The notes beneath the pieces were generated by a model that made no database searches, was not told the origin of the DNA, and was given only the letters and a program-made list of their open reading frames with translations. Source: Candidatus Tectimicrobiota bacterium (GTDB lineage Bacteria; JACPUC01). Taken from it: a stretch of 64,000 bases of DNA. Both the position numbers and the translations under genes were made by a program. The stretch lies in the NCBI GenBank assembly GCA_016192455.1, contig JACPUC010000001.1:124001-188000 (forward strand), given 5' to 3'. Of the stretch, positions 41,433-51,624 are shown one piece after another. Positions within the stretch are counted from its first letter, which is position 1. Each line of letters begins with the position of its first letter.

Positions 41433-42983
41433 ATGTTCTACGACCAGCGGCAGTTTCTCGATGAGCTCGAGCGGCAGGGGGAGATCACCCGGCTCGACGT
41501 GCCCATCCGGGTGACGCGCGGCGACAACGAGATGATGGCCTTGAGCCGCCACCTCTCCCTTGAAGACGGGCCGTGTGTCTGGCTGGAGCAGTGCGAGGGG
41601 CTGAACACGCCCGGCGTGCCCGTGCTTGTCGGCAACATCGGCACGCGCCGCCGGCTGCAGCTTGCGCTGGAGGCGGAGAGCTGGGTGGCGGCCAAGGAGC
41701 GCCTCGTCCGCATGCTCAACACGCCAGCCAGCGCGTGGCCCGAGCCGCAAATCGTCGATGCCGCCCAGGCGCCTTGCAAGGAGGTCATCATCACGGGTGA
41801 GGACGTCGACCTCGAGACCCAGGTGCCGAAGGTCTGGTTCGGGGAAGAGTGGTCGGCCATGCTCTCCGACACCATTTGCGCCACGACGCACCCCGAGACG
41901 GGCCTGTTGAACGCGAGTTGCCTGCTGCACTCCTTCATCGACCAGAAGCCGGACGGCACGCTTTTCGACGACGCCCTGCGCAAGCGCCACCTCATGTCCT
42001 ACATCTTCTGGAACCCCCACGCCGGCAACCATGTGGGGATGAACTACGCCGCCGCGGTGGAGCGCGGCGAGCCGCTGCCGGTGGCGATCGCCTGCTGCAT
42101 CGACCCGCAGCTCCTCATCGTCGGGGGCGGGCCGCGCTGCCCGCAGGGGGCGCATCCGTGGGATAAGTACGCCATGACCGGCGCCTTGCGGGGGGCGCCC
42201 ATCCAGCTTGTGAAGTGCGAGACCCTCGACCTCTATGTGCCGGCCAGCGCCGAATTCGTGCTTGAGGGGGAGGTGCTCCCCGATGTGCACCTGATGGACT
42301 ACAAGCATGGCAACTTCCTCGGCTACTACAACGAGGAGCAGCTCCTGCCGGTCACCCGCATCCACTGCATCACGCACCGGCGCGATCCGATCTGGCACCC
42401 CACGCGCAGCTTCCTGCCGCCGTACGACCACTCCTTCCTGCAGATCATGACCATCGAGGCGGAGACCCTGCGCTCCCTGCGCGGCGCCTTCCCGCAGGTG
42501 CAGGATGTCGTCGCTTTCCCATCGTTCGGGGGACGGGCGCTCTTCCTCGTGGTGCAGCTCAACGTCGATGCCGAGCAGAAGCCAAGCTCCTGGTTCGGCC
42601 ACCAGATCATCCACGCCGTGTGGGGCTCCCCCGGCCGCTACGGCGCCTCGGCGAAGTACGTCGTGGTAGTGGGGCCGGACATCAATCCCTATTCCGCCGA
42701 TGACGTGATCTGGGCGCTGAACACCCGCGTGCAGCCGAAGAGCGACAGCATCTTCAACGAGCACGGGCAGGCCCTCTACTTCGACCCCTCCCTGAGCGCC
42801 GGCGAGCAGGGGAGCACCTGGAACAGCGAGCAGCTCGGCATCGACGCCACCTTCAAGGTGCCCGAGCGCCTGAGCCGGCTCCATGCCGTGCCGGCCCGGC
42901 CGCCCGCCGCGGCCATGGAGGCGATCCGCGCCAAGCTCGCCGGGCGGCTGCCGCGGCGCGGCACCGGGCGCGCGACAGGCTGA
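41433..42983 (+). CDS. UbiD family protein (divergent active-site motifs)
   Basis: APCKEV, LPVAIA, LVKCETLDLYVPASAEFVLEG, KYVVVVGPDINP, WALNTRVQP, GIDAT. Confidence 0.88.
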   Translation: MFYDQRQFLDELERQGEITRLDVPIRVTRGDNEMMALSRHLSLEDGPCVWLEQCEGLNTPGVPVLVGNIGTRRRLQLALEAESWVAAKERLVRMLNTPASAWPEPQIVDAAQAPCKEVIITGEDVDLETQVPKVWFGEEWSAMLSDTICATTHPETGLLNASCLLHSFIDQKPDGTLFDDALRKRHLMSYIFWNPHAGNHVGMNYAAAVERGEPLPVAIACCIDPQLLIVGGGPRCPQGAHPWDKYAMTGALRGAPIQLVKCETLDLYVPASAEFVLEGEVLPDVHLMDYKHGNFLGYYNEEQLLPVTRIHCITHRRDPIWHPTRSFLPPYDHSFLQIMTIEAETLRSLRGAFPQVQDVVAFPSFGGRALFLVVQLNVDAEQKPSSWFGHQIIHAVWGSPGRYGASAKYVVVVGPDINPYSADDVIWALNTRVQPKSDSIFNEHGQALYFDPSLSAGEQGSTWNSEQLGIDATFKVPERLSRLHAVPARPPAAAMEAIRAKLAGRLPRRGTGRATG

Positions 42984-43313
42984 GGCTCACCGCGCCGAGA
43001 TGAGGGTGAGCTGGCGCCGGCCAAGGGTGGACCTTCGAGGTGGAAGCACGGCGCCATCGCTCAAAGCATGGATGGTCGCAGTTGTTTTTTGAAAGTTCTC
43101 AGCATAACCACAGTGGGCGCTTCCAGCATCCCCATCCGCCCGCGCGCGGAACGCATCTTCCTGGGAGTGATGCTGGATTCTTACCCCCCCCCACCCTGAG
43201 CGCGGCAGAGGCGCGGAGAGGCGCCCTCATGCTTGAGTTAGGCGACGTGGTTCCCGTGGGGCATGCTCCGTCTTGACCAACAGGGGGGTGCTTGCGCCTC
43301 TTGAGATTCGTCG

Positions 43314-43342
43314 TTGACTTCACCGCCTGAACCTCCTAAGGT
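43314..43342 (+). promoter_or_regulatory. sigma70-type promoter
   Basis: TTGACT-N17-TAAGGT. Confidence 0.45.
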
Positions 43343-43715
43343 AGAGATACAGTCGCCCAGGCTGCACGGTGCTCATTTCATTGCGATTGATTGCTGCCCC
43401 GAACGCTGCTACGTGCTGGTCGTCGCTTTGTCAGGCTCGGTTCTTTGCTCGACCCGAACGTGGACGTGCTCGCTTCCAGCTCCCCAGGTGGTCGCTTCCG
43501 CCTCCCAGGCAGAGGCGCGGGTGAGTTTGCGGGGGAGGCCGTTCAGGCCGATCTCACCGCGGCGGGCGAGGTGGCGTTGCGGAGAGAGGGTTGGCGGGTT
43601 CCACCCCGCGCCTGCTCAGGGCAGGGGGTGGATCGTGGGGTTTGGATGGTGGCGTGCTGCATGCGGCCCGTTGGTGAACGACGCGCGGTGTCGCGCCTTG
43701 TTGATTGGAGAAGAT

Positions 43716-44159
43716 ATGGAAGTTCGTGTTTTTGAACTTGCTGGAGGGAAGCTTAGCGTCCGTGAGCTCATCTGGAATGAGGAGGTGAAAGCGCACTTTC
43801 GGATCATCAATGACAAGATCGGGCGCTCGGAGGTGACGGAGTTCCAGGTGAGCACCAAGCAGCGCTTCAACCGCCCCTCGGCGCTGGAGGAGCTCATCAA
43901 TCACCTGAAGAGCATCCAGAAACGCGCCGATACTCGCCAGCCGACGGACGCCGAGGGCGAGGGCACGCCGCCGAGCCGCCCCCCTGACTCATACAACAGC
44001 GGCAGTCACCACCAGGCCTTTCCAAGCCGCGCGCGCCAGCAGTACACCAGTCGGGGCAGCTACCCGAGTCGGAACTTCCTGCGGGAGCGCTCCAGTTCCC
44101 CCCCTGCCGAGACGAGCGAGTTGGGGGACAACGCCGACGAACCTAACTTCAACCAGTAA
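43716..44159 (+). CDS. Hypothetical protein (small folded N-domain plus disordered tail)
   Basis: GGAGAAG RBS before the ATG; plausible codon usage. Confidence 0.7.
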   Translation: MEVRVFELAGGKLSVRELIWNEEVKAHFRIINDKIGRSEVTEFQVSTKQRFNRPSALEELINHLKSIQKRADTRQPTDAEGEGTPPSRPPDSYNSGSHHQAFPSRARQQYTSRGSYPSRNFLRERSSSPPAETSELGDNADEPNFNQ

Positions 44160-44422
44160 ACTGGATCACGAAGAGGGCCGCGCCACCGCAAGGGTGGGCG
44201 CGCCCTCCTTGCTCCAGGCTTCGGCGCACGGGCGCGGCACGATCTCCCGCCGCTCCCCGCGGCCAGCCAGGCGCCCGGCACGACGAGGAGGAGCGGCCTC
44301 CATGTCGCCCCTCCACTCCGCTCCCCGGCGCTGCCGCGGCAACCGCGGCGATTCTTCCCCCGTCTCCAGGCTCCCCCGCCCCCCCATGCGCCTCGTGGTC
44401 AATACGCGGCTCGGGCCGTGTC

Positions 44423-45439
44423 TTAGGATTTGGGCAGGAAGCTCTCATCGACGATCGTGCGCGCGTCGATGGGTTTCTCCAAGTTTCCGACCATCACGTT
44501 CCAGTCGATCTGTTGCTGGATGCTCTTGATGTTGACGCGTCCGTTGTTGTCCAGGTACATCGGGATCGCCTTGGCAAGGACCTCCCTGCCGACCTTCGTA
44601 TATTTTTGCAGCATCTGCACGATGGTGTCGTCGAGCATCCCCCTCTCGTTGTAGAAGCGGACCCCCTTGAGGTAGGCGCTCATCCAGCGCTGGGCCAGGT
44701 CGCGCTGCTTGGTCATGAAGTCGCCGCCGTACATGACGACGGCAACCTGCATCTCGGCAATCTCGGGGACATCAGCGGCCATCACGTAGCGCACCCCAAT
44801 CCCTTCGACCTCCACACGGGCGCCCCAGGGTTCCGCCACGGAGCCGCCCACGATGGCGCCACTGATCATGGCCTGGTAGAGCTTCGGAGGCGACAGCCGC
44901 ACGATGCGCACCTCCTTCCAGTCCAAACCAGCGTGCTTCATTTCATAGTAGAACCCAAAATCAGAGATGCCTCCTTGGGCGAAGAGGGCGAACGTTTCGC
45001 CCTTGAGCGCCTTCAGGCCGCCGGCCTTGACGCGGTCCAGCACGGCGTTCCTGAGGACGAGCTGGTTGCTGTAGGACTTCCCCGCGCGGTTCTGCCCCTT
45101 GTCGGCAACGATCTTGAAGTTGCTGCCGCTGGCGATGGCGTTGAAGAGGCCGGCGGAGGCGCCGCCGGCCGCCACGTCGAGGCTGCCCGCGGCAAGGGGG
45201 GCCATCTGCTTGGCTCCGGAAGCGAAGGGCAAGAGCTCGATCTCGATGTTCTGTTCCTTGAAGTAGCCCAAATCGACGGCCGCGAAGATCGGCACGTAGG
45301 AGATGACCGGCATGGAGCCGGTGCGCACCTTCGTCTGCGCCTCGGCAGGCATGCTCCAGGCGCTGATCATCAGGAGGACACTCAGCAGCAGCGCCACGCC
45401 GCCACCCGCGGCTCCGAGTCTCATCTTCACGCTTGCCAT
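44423..45439 (-). CDS. NitT/TauT (SsuA/THI5-like) ABC substrate-binding protein
   Basis: Signal peptide; PIFAAVDLGYFKEQNIEIEL; EPW motif. Confidence 0.92.
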   Translation of the reverse strand: MASVKMRLGAAGGGVALLLSVLLMISAWSMPAEAQTKVRTGSMPVISYVPIFAAVDLGYFKEQNIEIELLPFASGAKQMAPLAAGSLDVAAGGASAGLFNAIASGSNFKIVADKGQNRAGKSYSNQLVLRNAVLDRVKAGGLKALKGETFALFAQGGISDFGFYYEMKHAGLDWKEVRIVRLSPPKLYQAMISGAIVGGSVAEPWGARVEVEGIGVRYVMAADVPEIAEMQVAVVMYGGDFMTKQRDLAQRWMSAYLKGVRFYNERGMLDDTIVQMLQKYTKVGREVLAKAIPMYLDNNGRVNIKSIQQQIDWNVMVGNLEKPIDARTIVDESFLPKS

Positions 45440-45514
45440 GGTTTCTCCTCCCCCGCAGGCGCAGAGATCGACTCAGTGCGCCGCACGCTTGGACCGGCGC
45501 GCGGCGCGCCTCTC

Positions 45515-46522
45515 CTACGATTTGGGCAGGAAGCTCTCATCGACAATCGTGCGCGCATCGATGGGCGTCTTCAGGTTCCCAACCTTCACGTTCCAGTCGA
45601 TCTGGTGCTGGATGCTCTTGACGTTCACGCGGCCGTTGTTGTCGAGGTAGACCGGGATCGCCTTGGCGAGGACCTTGCTGTCAACCTTCGTGTAGTTCTG
45701 CAGGATCTTCACCACCGTGTCGTGCATCATGCCGGTCTTGTTGTAATAGCGGATGCCCTTGATGTACGCGTCCATCCAGCGCTGGGCCAGGTCGCGCTGC
45801 TTGGTCATGAAGTCGCCGCCGTACATGATGACGGCAATTTGCGTCTCGGCGATCTCCGGGATATCGGCGGCCGTCAGGTAGCGCACGCCGACCCCCTCGA
45901 CCTCGACGATGGCGCTCCAGGGCTCCGCCGTCGAGGCGCCGACGATGGCGCCACTCTTCAGGGCCTGGTAGGTCTTCGGCGGCTCGAGGTTGACGATCCG
46001 CACCTCGCTCCAGTCGAGGCCGCCGTGCTTCAGCTCGTGGTAGAGGCCGTAGTCCGCCACGCTCCCCTTGCCGAAGGTGGCGAAGGTCTCCCCCTTGAGG
46101 GCCTTCAGTCCGCCGGCCTTCACCCGGTCCATCACGGCCTTGCTGAGGATGAGCTGGGTGCCATACGCCTTGCCGTCGCGATTCTGCCCCTTGTCCGCCA
46201 CGATCTTGAAGTTGCTGCCGCTGGCGATGGCGTTGAAGAGCCCGGCGGAAGCGCCGCCGGCCGCCACGTCGATGCTCCCCGAGGCCAGCGGGGCCATCTG
46301 CTTCGACCCGGAAGCAAAGCGCAGCAGCTCGATCTCGATCTTCTGTTCCTTGAAGTAGCCCAAATCGACGGCCACGAAGATCGGCACGTAGGAGATGACC
46401 GGCAGGTAGCCGATGCGCACCTTGGTCTGACCCAACGCCGGCGCGGCGGCGAGGGTGAGCGTCAGCAGACCGATCAGCACCGCGCCGAGTAGCGACACCC
46501 ATGTTCTCTTCGACGACAGCAT
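45515..46522 (-). CDS. NitT/TauT ABC substrate-binding protein, tandem paralog
   Basis: Highly similar to the adjacent SBP; GGAGG RBS. Confidence 0.92.
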   Translation of the reverse strand: MLSSKRTWVSLLGAVLIGLLTLTLAAAPALGQTKVRIGYLPVISYVPIFVAVDLGYFKEQKIEIELLRFASGSKQMAPLASGSIDVAAGGASAGLFNAIASGSNFKIVADKGQNRDGKAYGTQLILSKAVMDRVKAGGLKALKGETFATFGKGSVADYGLYHELKHGGLDWSEVRIVNLEPPKTYQALKSGAIVGASTAEPWSAIVEVEGVGVRYLTAADIPEIAETQIAVIMYGGDFMTKQRDLAQRWMDAYIKGIRYYNKTGMMHDTVVKILQNYTKVDSKVLAKAIPVYLDNNGRVNVKSIQHQIDWNVKVGNLKTPIDARTIVDESFLPKS

Positions 46523-46916
46523 GATTACCTCCTCCCTGTCTCGCCCCACCGTCCAGCACCCTGTGCTGACGGCAACGTTGCCGCGAGGGCGCCGCAACCC
46601 ACGCCGTGCCGCCGCGCCTCCGCAAGCGCCACGGGTCCGCCCGCGCCGCGCCGACGGCCCTCGCCTCAGCTCCTCCTCCCGCCCGCCGGCGCCTGCCGGG
46701 ATGCCACGACGCACAACGCCTTGCCGCTTGGCGGACAGCGCCTCGGTGAATGGACCACGCAGCCTGGGGTGAAGGGAGCTGAGGACTCTAGACTACGTCG
46801 CGGCGCCTCCGAACGTCAAACCTTAAAATGTGTCAAGCGCGAGGCAAAGGTCGCGCTCCTTTCGTCATCCCTCCAGCCACTGGTCCAGGCCCGCTCCGTC
46901 GCGGCGACCCTCCCGT

Positions 46917-47297
46917 CTACAGGCCCACGGCGTTGTTCCACATGCCGAGGCCCTGCCAGAATGCGATGACGGCGAAGAGCTCGGTGAGCTCCGCATCGTC
47001 GGCTCCCAGCGCCCGCAGCCGGCGGGTTTGCGCGTTCAGCCCGTACTGGCAGTTGGTGGCGGCGAAGATGGCGATGGCGAGCATCACCTTCGTTTTCGCG
47101 TCGATGCGCTTTGGCTCACTCACCGCCTTCATGTGCTGCCAGAACCCCTTGAAGAAGTCGGGATGATTTGCCATCATTCGGAAGGAATCGGGGATGAAGC
47201 CGAGCGCCGCGCGAACCTCAGCGAAGGCTGCCTTCAGATCGTCGGGGGCTGTCTCTTCCGGAACTGGTTGAAGCCGAGGAGCCGTAGTCACCGTCAT
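46917..47297 (-). CDS. Carboxymuconolactone decarboxylase/AhpD family protein
   Basis: LGFIPDSFRMMANHP, IDAKTKVMLAIA...NCQYG; AAGGAG RBS. Confidence 0.85.
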   Translation of the reverse strand: MTVTTAPRLQPVPEETAPDDLKAAFAEVRAALGFIPDSFRMMANHPDFFKGFWQHMKAVSEPKRIDAKTKVMLAIAIFAATNCQYGLNAQTRRLRALGADDAELTELFAVIAFWQGLGMWNNAVGL

Positions 47298-47508
47298 CTC
47301 CTTCTTCAGAGTTCGAGTTTCAGCATGACGCTCCGCGGGGCGCAGCCCTGGAGGACCTCCAAGCGGTTGCGCCCGCGTCCGCCGCTCCCTCATCGTTCTC
47401 CCGAGGGGGGTGCGCCGAGCCTGGCCCGATCCCGCCGCTGGGGCGCGGCGCCATCAGCCGAGCAGGCCCTCACTTCCCAACCACGCCGTAGAACCACTGG
47501 AGACTCCC

Positions 47509-48420
47509 GTGCGCTTCGTTGACGCCCATGCCCATCTCTTGCCGGCCAAGCGGCTGGCCTCGCTCCTGCGCTGGGTCGAGCGCCGGCAACCGAGGCACCC
47601 CTACCCCGAGAGTACGCCGCTCGATCACCTGCTGCGGGAGTACCAGGAACTCGGCGTCGAGCTCGTCTTCAACATGATCTATCCGATCTTCGAGCGCACC
47701 ACCGAGGAGCTCAACCGCTTCAACTTCGAACTGGCCCGCAGCCGCGCCCCCAGAATCCTCGCCGTCGGCTCGCTGCATGTCAGCGATGCCGACAAGCTGG
47801 CCATCGTCGATACCTGCATGCAGACCTACGGCTTCCTGGGCCTCAAGTTCCACCCCTTCATCCAGCGCTTCCTGCCCTGGGACGAACGTCTCTTCCCGGT
47901 GTACGAGCGCATGAGCGAGCTGCGCCGACCGGTCTTCCTGCATACCGGCTTCGAGAAGTTCTATGACGCGGAGCTGCCCATTGAGAAGCTGGAGCGGGAG
48001 ATCCTGCAGCGCTTCCCCGAGCTGCCGCTCGTCTTCCTGCACGCCCTCTTCCCGCACTTTGACGAGGCGTTTCGACTCGTGGAGAGCTATCCGCACCTCT
48101 ACCTCGACCTGGCGAATGTTTACGGCAGCCTCGTCGCCCCGCCCTCCCCGGGTCTCCACGGGGAACCTCAGCCGGCTGCGCCCCGGCGGAAGCTCGAGCG
48201 CGCCGCGGAGCGCCTCTTCCAGGGCCTCGAGGTGTGGCACCATCGGGTGCTCTTCGGCACCGACCACCCGGCCGGCACCGGCACCTTACGGCAGATTTAC
48301 GCGTCCGCCTTGGCGATGCCTATCAGCGAGGCCGCCAAGGAGAGCATCTTCGGCGGAGCCGCCCTGGCACTCGTGGAGAAGTACTATGGAGCGTCCGGCC
48401 CCGCCGGCGCCGGGGAGTAA
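47509..48420 (+). CDS. Amidohydrolase family protein (Amidohydro_2)
   Basis: VDAHAH, GLKFHP, FLHTG, LFGTDHP. Confidence 0.88.
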   Translation: MRFVDAHAHLLPAKRLASLLRWVERRQPRHPYPESTPLDHLLREYQELGVELVFNMIYPIFERTTEELNRFNFELARSRAPRILAVGSLHVSDADKLAIVDTCMQTYGFLGLKFHPFIQRFLPWDERLFPVYERMSELRRPVFLHTGFEKFYDAELPIEKLEREILQRFPELPLVFLHALFPHFDEAFRLVESYPHLYLDLANVYGSLVAPPSPGLHGEPQPAAPRRKLERAAERLFQGLEVWHHRVLFGTDHPAGTGTLRQIYASALAMPISEAAKESIFGGAALALVEKYYGASGPAGAGE

Positions 48421-48484
48421 GCCACCCCTCGCCGAGGCTGACGGTCTCCTGACGGCTTCGTGACGCGCGTCGCCCACCGGTTCC

Positions 48485-49807
48485 TTACAGACCCACCCGC
48501 ACGCGCTCCGGCGACACGTGCTCGCGCAACGGAACATTGAGACGGGCGCTGTATCGCCGCGCCTCCGCCGTGACCGCTCCGGTGCACCAAATGGCCACCG
48601 CCGTGAGGGCGTCCTGCCGCAGCGCCGCCGCCAGGCGGTTGACGGTGCTGATGAAGGCGGCGTCCTTGGGCAGCAAGTCCGCCGCCTGGACGATGATCCC
48701 TTCCTGCCGCTCACGCAGGAAATCGAGCGCCACCTCCCCTTGCGACGTCGCCACGGCGCGGTTCAAGGCATAGATGGAGCCACGCGCTAGGTTCTCGGCC
48801 CGCATGATCTCGACGGCCTGCAAGGCGACCTCCACGGTGGCTTGATCCGGCAGGCCGGCGAGATGTTCGAGGCGCAGCGCCAGGCCGTCGACGTAGGAGA
48901 GGTTGCGCACTGTGTCGCGCAGACGAAGGAGCTGCGCGGTGCTGAAAGCCGGGCTGCGCGCCAGGCGCGCGGCAAGGGCGGTGTCGACGCCCAGGCGCAG
49001 GAGGTCCTCCCCCGCCTGCGCCCGCGCTGCTGGTGGGTCTTCAAGGTTCGCATACGCCGCGAGCTTGTAGGGCGAGTCGGCAAGCACGGGAACGGCGGGC
49101 TCGGCGCCGCGGAACGGAGTCAGGAGGTAGCCGCCGCGGAAGGTAAGCTTCTCCTCCTGGTAGGCGAGCGCCGTGTCGTCGATGAGGCGCTGCACGTAGG
49201 GGTTCGGGCTGTCGACTTCGAGGGTGAGCGAGGCGGCGGTGCGCGCCCGCAAGGAGCGGGAGAAGACGGGGGGCGGAGGGGTCGCGGCTGGCTGGGGGGG
49301 CTCGGGCGGTCGGCCGCCGCTCGCCGTGAACGTCTCTTTCAGCTTGCCACCCAGGCGCTGCAGGCCCCGCCCGACGTCCCGACCAACCTCCTTCGTCGTT
49401 TCCAGCGGGTGGAGCACCGCGCTTCTCGCCCCCTCCACCGTCGATTTCAGGACGGCGCCGCCCGAACGATCCGACGGGGAGCGCCCGAGCAAGCGGTCGA
49501 GCATCGGCCGGGCGGCCTCGATGACGCGGACTTCGTGCAGCGTGCGGAGAAGCTCGCCCATGCCGTAGATGTGGTAGACCGCATGGGGGGCATCGATGGT
49601 GAAGCGGTAGAAGCGGTTGACCAGGAGCACCTCGGGGAGGATGGTGTAGACCTTCGTCTGCGCTGCGATGCCGGGCGGCAGCCGCACCTCCGCCAGAGGG
49701 ACCTTGGTGAGTTCCTCAACCGGCTCCTGCGCCGGCGTGCGGGGCGCTCCGGTCGTCCAGATGGCAACAGCCACCGCGCCGGCGGCCGCCCACCGCATCC
49801 AGCCCAT
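48485..49807 (-). CDS. Hypothetical exported protein
   Basis: Signal peptide, GAGGAG RBS, host-like codon bias. Confidence 0.65.
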   Translation of the reverse strand: MGWMRWAAAGAVAVAIWTTGAPRTPAQEPVEELTKVPLAEVRLPPGIAAQTKVYTILPEVLLVNRFYRFTIDAPHAVYHIYGMGELLRTLHEVRVIEAARPMLDRLLGRSPSDRSGGAVLKSTVEGARSAVLHPLETTKEVGRDVGRGLQRLGGKLKETFTASGGRPPEPPQPAATPPPPVFSRSLRARTAASLTLEVDSPNPYVQRLIDDTALAYQEEKLTFRGGYLLTPFRGAEPAVPVLADSPYKLAAYANLEDPPAARAQAGEDLLRLGVDTALAARLARSPAFSTAQLLRLRDTVRNLSYVDGLALRLEHLAGLPDQATVEVALQAVEIMRAENLARGSIYALNRAVATSQGEVALDFLRERQEGIIVQAADLLPKDAAFISTVNRLAAALRQDALTAVAIWCTGAVTAEARRYSARLNVPLREHVSPERVRVGL

Positions 49808-49903
49808 GCTTCGACTCCTCGAACCTGTCGGGCGCGCCGCGCCGGCGGCGGCAGGGGCGCGCTCCCCGCCCCGCCCGCGTGCCGTCCCGGCGCCCGCGGC
49901 CGC

Positions 49904-50707
49904 TCACGCCGTTGCGGCCAGGCCAGCCTTCACCGCCGCGACGACCAGCCTTACCATGGCGTCGTAGAAGTACTCTCCCTCCTCAGGCGTGGCGGCCGCC
50001 GGGTCGCCGAAGTAGCCATCCACGCCGCCGGCCTCGCGCAGCGTCTTCGCTCCGAACTGGCGCCCCGCGGCGATGCTTTTCCACACCGGCTGCAGCGTGC
50101 GGGCGCGGTCGAGGTGCACGAGCTCCGGTTGCGCCTGCAGCACGAGCGAGGTCTCAAAGGAGCCGCCGTGAATGGCCCCTTCCTTGAACTCGCGCGTTGG
50201 CTCGCCGGCGAAGGCAGGCTTGCGCATGTTCGGCACGGCAACCCGCGCCCGGTGCTCGGCTTCGAGCTCCGCCTTCACTTTGAAGAGGGTGCCCAGGTGC
50301 TCCGGGGCCAGGTGGTGATTGGTGATGCAGAGATTGGTGAACCCCTGCGCGATGACGCTGGCGAGGACATCCTTCACCAGGGCCGCAAGGGTCGCTTCGC
50401 TGATTGTCACGGTGCCGGGGTAATCGGCGGTGCTCCTGGTGACGCCATAGAGGATCGGCGGCAGGAGGAGCACTTCGATCCCCTCGGCCAGCAGGGCCTG
50501 GGCGGCGCGCTGGGCCGTCTCCACGCCGATCACCCAGTCCGTGCTCAGCGGCAGGTGCGGCCCATGCCCCTCCGTCGCGCCGACCGGCAGGATGGCCGAC
50601 CTGCAGCGCCGCGCCAGAGCCGCGAACTCGGTCGAGGTCATGTTCGACAGGATGTGCAGCGCCGCGCCCTTGGCTGCGGGCGCCTCGAGTTTTCCTTCGT
50701 GCCTCAT
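49904..50707 (-). CDS. Creatininase family amidohydrolase (MftE-like)
   Basis: LPVGATEGHGPHLPLSTD, HGGSFETS, GYFGDP. Confidence 0.9.
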   Translation of the reverse strand: MRHEGKLEAPAAKGAALHILSNMTSTEFAALARRCRSAILPVGATEGHGPHLPLSTDWVIGVETAQRAAQALLAEGIEVLLLPPILYGVTRSTADYPGTVTISEATLAALVKDVLASVIAQGFTNLCITNHHLAPEHLGTLFKVKAELEAEHRARVAVPNMRKPAFAGEPTREFKEGAIHGGSFETSLVLQAQPELVHLDRARTLQPVWKSIAAGRQFGAKTLREAGGVDGYFGDPAAATPEEGEYFYDAMVRLVVAAVKAGLAATA

Positions 50708-50932
50708 TGCTGCCTCATTGCCGGGACCCCCGGCGTCCCCGGCTTTGCAGGGAACGTGAGAGGGGTGCCCAACGCTCAGGGGTCGGCCTCCTTGGCAATC
50801 CGCGGCGGGTCCCGAGGAACGACTGCGGAGAGAGCTCTCTTCCCCCTCACGCGCGCCTGGGACGGGGACCACTGCCGGCCACGCACGGCGGCGCCATGCG
50901 GACTACGGTCCGCGGCCGCCGGGAGTCCTCAG

Positions 50933-51346
50933 CTACCAGCAGGCGATTGCCTCAACCTCGATGAGCAGGTCCGGCCAGACCAGGCTGTCGATCACCAGCA
51001 GCGTGTTGGGAGGGTAGTTCCCGTTCGGGAACCACTTGGGATACGTCTCCTTGCGAATCTCGAAGAACTTATGGATGTTCTCGTAGTTCGTTAGGAAGGT
51101 GCGCAGTTGCACGATGTTGGCGAACGAGGCGCCCTCCGAGACGAGCAGGTTGCGGAGGTTCTCGTACGCCAGCATGTACTGGGCGCGGAAATCCCCCTTG
51201 CCCACCAGGTTGCCTTTGATATCGTTGGCAACCTGCCCTGAGATGAAGCTGATCTTGGAAAAACTCTTCGTATCGAGGGTGAATGCATGGGAGTATGCGC
51301 CAATCGGCGTAGCAATGGTGGACGGCTTGACGACCTTGACGTTCAT
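50933..51346 (-). CDS. RidA/YjgF family protein
   Basis: YSHA, ISGQV, PPNTLL, LIEVEAIA; GAGGAGG RBS. Confidence 0.9.
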   Translation of the reverse strand: MNVKVVKPSTIATPIGAYSHAFTLDTKSFSKISFISGQVANDIKGNLVGKGDFRAQYMLAYENLRNLLVSEGASFANIVQLRTFLTNYENIHKFFEIRKETYPKWFPNGNYPPNTLLVIDSLVWPDLLIEVEAIACW

Positions 51347-51624
51347 GCGATGCCTCCTCAGATTCCGCGATGATTGCACGCCCCATTGCCCCGAATTGTG
51401 CGCCAGGTGGGAAGTGAAACGCAAGTCTTCCGCTGACGCCTGGGGAGCGGCACGCGGCTCCCCCGGGCAGGGAGGGCCCGCGACCAGAGGGCTTGCGGGC
51501 GCGAGGGGAGCGCCGTATCTTTCTGCATGCCCCGCTGGGCGCGTTCCCCCAGCCGGGGCGGATCGCTCCGAAGCTCGGCAGGTGCGCGCCGGCGTCAGGC
51601 ATGGGGCTTCAAAGGATGTTGGAG

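Noticed and set aside
41259-42884. N-terminal ~540 aa of the 623-aa minus ORF 41013-42884
   Set aside because: Antisense to the ubiD-like gene; only the last 81 codons, from the RBS-preceded ATG at 41258, appear real.
46917-47297. A third selenoprotein
   Set aside because: No in-frame TGA; the motif position is Gly.
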